Shown here: positions 61,057 to 64,000 of the stretch, one piece after another | How positions within the stretch are numbered: position 1 is the first letter of the stretch | Layout: each line of letters opens with the position of its first letter | Source of the DNA: an uncultured Bacilli bacterium | Lineage (GTDB): Bacteria; Bacillota_I; Bacilli_A; RF39; UBA660 | NCBI GenBank assembly: GCA_944358825.1 | Contig: CALVSA010000002.1 | Location: forward strand, 17,707 to 81,706 | DNA: 64,000 nt | Direction: 5' to 3' | Notes under the pieces: generated by a model | The model's database searches: none | Seen by the model: only the letters and a program-made list of their open reading frames with translations | Told to the model about the DNA's origin: nothing | Program-made: the position numbers and the translations under genes

Positions 61057-62172
61057 TTAACAACTAAATCCGCCATTTCCAATATCTTCTGCTCCACCTC
61101 CACCTTTTGCATAAACAACACCACCATTTATTCTAATTATACCTGTAACAGAAGCCTCTTTATAACCTCCAATTCCTGCACCACCACCTGCTCCACTTCC
61201 ATTATCATAACCTTCCATATTAGTTGCTCCTATTCCTACTCCTCTACCTTCTGAATTTAATACCCCTGTTCCATCTATTATTAATTTTGATGAATAAGAA
61301 ACATATAAACCAACTGATGGTGAAGCACTTGAAGAAGAATTTGTTTTTAAACTATTTTCTCCTTCAATTTGCAAATTAACTACTGAATCATTAAATAATC
61401 TAAATGTGCCTCCATTAAATCTATCTTCTGTTATACTAACATTATTTAATGTTATATTAGATTCTCCTCCATTAATAGTTACTCCTCTATTATCTGTTGC
61501 AGTTCCTGTTATAACAATAGGTGTTTTATTTGATATTTCTTGTTGAGAATCTAGTCCTCCACCACTTACTAATAATGTATTATCACCATTTCCTTTATCT
61601 ATAGTAATTGCTCCTTTTGATATACCTAAATTCATTATTTCTGGAGCCTCACTACCTACTCCATCACTTACTATTTTTGCACTAAAAATTTTTCCTATTT
61701 CACTATTTGGTGTATTTATATCTAACCATATTCTTATACTTATTACCTTACTTTCTCCTGGATTTAGAGTTAAATCACTGGCAATAATTGAATCTTTTAA
61801 ATTAGATAAAGTAACTAGCTCTTTATTATCTACCATTATTTTTATATAATCAGAATTTATTTGATTAGAAGTAGTTGTATTATTTAACAACAAATCAAAT
61901 GTATAAGATAAATTACCCTTATTAGTTATCTTAAACTTATATGGATTACTTTTCTTACCTTCTTCATCTGTTATAGGCAAACTATTTGCAAGATTTAGAG
62001 TTTCCCCTAATCCTTCTTCATCGTTTTCTATTACTATATCTAGTATTCCAGCAGTATAACTTTCCGTATTTTCTAGTTTATCTTTTCTAAAAAATAAAGC
62101 ATAAGTAGTAGTAGATAATATAACTAAAACCACTATTATTGATATAACTAATATAATTACTTTTCTATTCAT
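61057..62172 (-). CDS. Secreted protein with a TasA/camelysin-like N-terminal domain and a Gly-rich (beta-helix-like repeat) C-terminal domain; paralog of 50119..51462
   Basis: The N-terminal ~180 aa are near-identical to the paralog. The C-terminus is GGGLDSQQ...GSGAGGGAGIGGYKEASVTG...GGGGAEDIGNGG. A GAAGGAG RBS precedes ATG at 62172. The track start at 62193 is further upstream. Confidence 0.5.
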   Translation of the reverse strand: MNRKVIILVISIIVVLVILSTTTYALFFRKDKLENTESYTAGILDIVIENDEEGLGETLNLANSLPITDEEGKKSNPYKFKITNKGNLSYTFDLLLNNTTTSNQINSDYIKIMVDNKELVTLSNLKDSIIASDLTLNPGESKVISIRIWLDINTPNSEIGKIFSAKIVSDGVGSEAPEIMNLGISKGAITIDKGNGDNTLLVSGGGLDSQQEISNKTPIVITGTATDNRGVTINGGESNITLNNVSITEDRFNGGTFRLFNDSVVNLQIEGENSLKTNSSSSASPSVGLYVSYSSKLIIDGTGVLNSEGRGVGIGATNMEGYDNGSGAGGGAGIGGYKEASVTGIIRINGGVVYAKGGGGAEDIGNGGFSC

Positions 62173-62312
62173 ATTACTCCTTCTTTCACACAATAAAAAA
62201 ACAGAAAAAGATTCTAAAAATTAGAATTATTTTCTGTTTTTATTATTTTATTATTAAATATTTTATTATTTTTTAGTAATAAATTTGACCCCCATATTTA
62301 CTTGTAGTTAAC
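61648..62312. repeat. Duplicated ~665-bp segment, copy B
   Basis: Paralogous to 50938..51601. Confidence 0.85.
62196..62241 (-). terminator. Terminator hairpin, duplicate of 51486..51530, downstream of the aminopeptidase gene
   Basis: AAAAAAACAGAAAAAGATTCTAAAAATTAGAATTATTTTCTGTTTTT. Confidence 0.5.
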
Positions 62313-62413
62313 TTGTTATTTACTTTATTATTTATATTTAGGCTTTGCTCTTTTAACATATTAACCACTTCCTTTACTATTTAAGTATATCACATTAGTT
62401 AATTTTCTGCAAT

Positions 62414-63532
62414 TTATTTTTCATCAAAATTTAGTGGTTTTAAACTATCTATTACAAATTTTCCATCTTTTCTAATTAATACATCATCAAAATATATTTC
62501 ACCACCACCATAATCTTTAGTTTGAATTAAAACTAAATCCCAATGTATTGCTGATTTATTACCATTAAATGCTTCAGCATAAGCCATTCCAGGGGTAAAA
62601 TGAATACTTCCATATATTTTTTCATCAAATAAAATATCTCCCATTGGCTTTCTAATTAAAGGATTAATTCCTATTGCAAATTCTCCTATATATCTACTAC
62701 CTTCATCAGTATCAAAAATTTCATTTAATTTATCATTATCTTCATTACAAGTAGCATTTATTATTTTACCATCTTTAAATTCCAAACTTATATTATTATA
62801 AACATTATCACGATATGGAGATGGTGTGTTATAAGTTATTTTACCATTAACACTTGTTTTTATCGGGGCAGTAAATACTTCTCCATCTGGAATATTAAAT
62901 TCGCCTGCACATATAATCGCGGGCATTGCTTTTATTGAAAATGTTATATCTGTATTTTTAGATACTATTCTTACTTTATCTGTATCTTCCATTAACTCTT
63001 TTAAAGGTAGCATTAAATCATATAGTTTATGATAATCAAAACACATTGTATCTAGGGCAAAATCAAAAAATTCTTTGGTAGTCATTTTTGCTTTATGAGC
63101 ATCTAGTAATGATGGATAATTTAATAAAACCCATTTTTTCTTATTTATTCTTATATCATCTAAATTTTCTGTTATTTCATGATATTTATTTAACATTTTT
63201 AAATTAACATTTTTATTTTCATGATCGTTTGTTGAATAACATATTGTAATAAAACTATTATAAGTTTTTACTTCATGTTCTAAATTAGCTCTACTTAATA
63301 ATATTTGATTTTCTGTTAATTTACTATTTAAAAATGCACTTATTTCATTATCTATTATTTTTACTAAAACACCTGCATTTTTTTGTAATATTTTTTCTAT
63401 TAATTTATTTATTAAGTCTTCTGATACTCCTTTTTCTACTGTTATTAATATGTTTTCTTTTTCTTCTACTTTAATTGAATAATTAACTATTGTTTCTGCT
63501 AAAATTTCAAATTTTTCATTCATTTTAGACAC
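62414..63532 (-). CDS. Aminopeptidase, M29 (AmpS/PepS) family
   Basis: 372 aa. GEFAIGINP...DEKIYGSIHFTPGMAY resembles the M29 conserved metal-binding region. Confidence 0.65.
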   Translation of the reverse strand: MSKMNEKFEILAETIVNYSIKVEEKENILITVEKGVSEDLINKLIEKILQKNAGVLVKIIDNEISAFLNSKLTENQILLSRANLEHEVKTYNSFITICYSTNDHENKNVNLKMLNKYHEITENLDDIRINKKKWVLLNYPSLLDAHKAKMTTKEFFDFALDTMCFDYHKLYDLMLPLKELMEDTDKVRIVSKNTDITFSIKAMPAIICAGEFNIPDGEVFTAPIKTSVNGKITYNTPSPYRDNVYNNISLEFKDGKIINATCNEDNDKLNEIFDTDEGSRYIGEFAIGINPLIRKPMGDILFDEKIYGSIHFTPGMAYAEAFNGNKSAIHWDLVLIQTKDYGGGEIYFDDVLIRKDGKFVIDSLKPLNFDEK

Positions 63533-63575
63533 TCTCCTATTCTTTTTTTATATAATATATTGAAGGAGGAATTTT

Positions 63576-63791
63576 ATGTACCCAAATTACCAAAATGTTT
63601 ATTCTAATAATATGAGAAGACCCCCAATGCGTCCTGGGCGACCAATTGGCCCAAATAATAGGTTTTTTGGCGGAGGATTTTTAGGACCATTTATCCTTGG
63701 TGGAATAACTGGCGGTTTGCTTGCACCATCTTTTTACCCTCGTCCTATGCCTTATGGTCCACCTCCACCACCATATCCTATATATTATTAA
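63576..63791 (+). CDS. Small Pro/Gly/Tyr-rich protein (71 aa)
   Basis: Strong GGAGG RBS. Low-complexity composition: PPMRPGRP..GGGFLGPFILGG..PPPPPYPIYY. A perfect terminator follows. Confidence 0.5.
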   Translation: MYPNYQNVYSNNMRRPPMRPGRPIGPNNRFFGGGFLGPFILGGITGGLLAPSFYPRPMPYGPPPPPYPIYY

Positions 63792-63817
63792 ACTGTCCAA
63801 AAAGACAGTTTTTATTT
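63790..63817 (+). terminator. Rho-independent terminator (ACTGTC-caaaaa-GACAGT plus T-run), shared with the convergent minus-strand gene
   Basis: Perfect 6-bp stem at 63792..63809, followed by TTTTATTT. Confidence 0.6.
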
Positions 63818-63822
63818 ACATT

Positions 63823-64000
63823 TTTGATCATCTAACTCTATTTTATAATCATTATTTTCTCTAGTTGCATTTATTATTAAACAACTACTTATGTCTTTAT
63901 TTTGACTATTGGTTAGGCTTTTAAAATAACCTGCTTCTATTAAATCATTTGCACTAAAACTAGTTTGATTATTTTTCCATACATAATTACATGGTAATAA
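63823..64000 (-). CDS. C-terminal end of a hypothetical protein that continues beyond the window end
   Basis: The minus-strand frame is open from the window edge to TAA at 63823..63825. The translation reads ...NDLIEAGYFKSLTNSQNKDISSCLIINATRENNDYKIELDDQKCK. Confidence 0.35.

Overview
This window is very AT-rich chromosomal DNA from an endospore-forming, low-GC Firmicute. The spore-former call rests on spoIIGA-sigE, a PdaB-like deacetylase, and the hrcA-grpE-dnaK-dnaJ and tsf-rpsB gene arrangements. Most genes lie on the minus strand.

Recognisable core genes:
- pheT (partial), pheS with a Phe T-box leader, frr, rpoZ, trxB, lgt
- a FemAB-family transferase, spoIIGA-sigE, parE, an NlpC/P60 hydrolase
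- cysteine desulfurase, CinA_C, an ADH, ppdK, tdk, a XerC/D-family recombinase
- rsmE, dnaJ, dnaK, grpE, hrcA, tsf, rpsB, an M29 aminopeptidase

Accessory and unusual content:
1. A two-gene block of large fusion enzymes at 19102..23473: a PfkB kinase fused to a SIS domain, and a HAD phosphatase fused to a phosphoribosyltransferase. It is bracketed by identical 82-bp terminator-plus-promoter repeats. A truncated HAD-gene remnant sits beside it. This is the best candidate for an undescribed small-molecule (sugar or nucleoside-like) pathway.
2. A decayed integrative element of about 5.9 kb at 32002..37891, flanked by a 50-bp direct repeat that is the 3' half of a tRNA. Its integrase carries a nonsense mutation and a frameshift, and its RepA_N-type replication protein is frameshifted. 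Its cargo is a TcmP/LCM-family methyltransferase and a ZIP metal transporter.
3. Several export modules: two ABC-2 transporters, a LanFEG-like three-gene transporter next to lipoproteins and a membrane-anchored XRE regulator, and a VanZ plus BceRS-BceAB peptide-antibiotic sensing and resistance module.
4. Two paralogous secreted proteins at 50119 and 61057. They share a TasA/camelysin-like N-terminal domain, a terminator and a promoter within a ~665-bp duplicated segment, and they have unrelated C-terminal domains.
5. An RpsB with a KE-rich tail ending in a Rho_N/SAP-like motif, and a small Pro/Gly/Tyr-rich protein at 63576.
6. A rpoZ-adjacent operon of a ClpX-like AAA+ ATPase lacking the zinc finger, a PdaB-like deacetylase and an acidic protein of unknown function.

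No CRISPR array, rRNA genes or intact prophage were seen.
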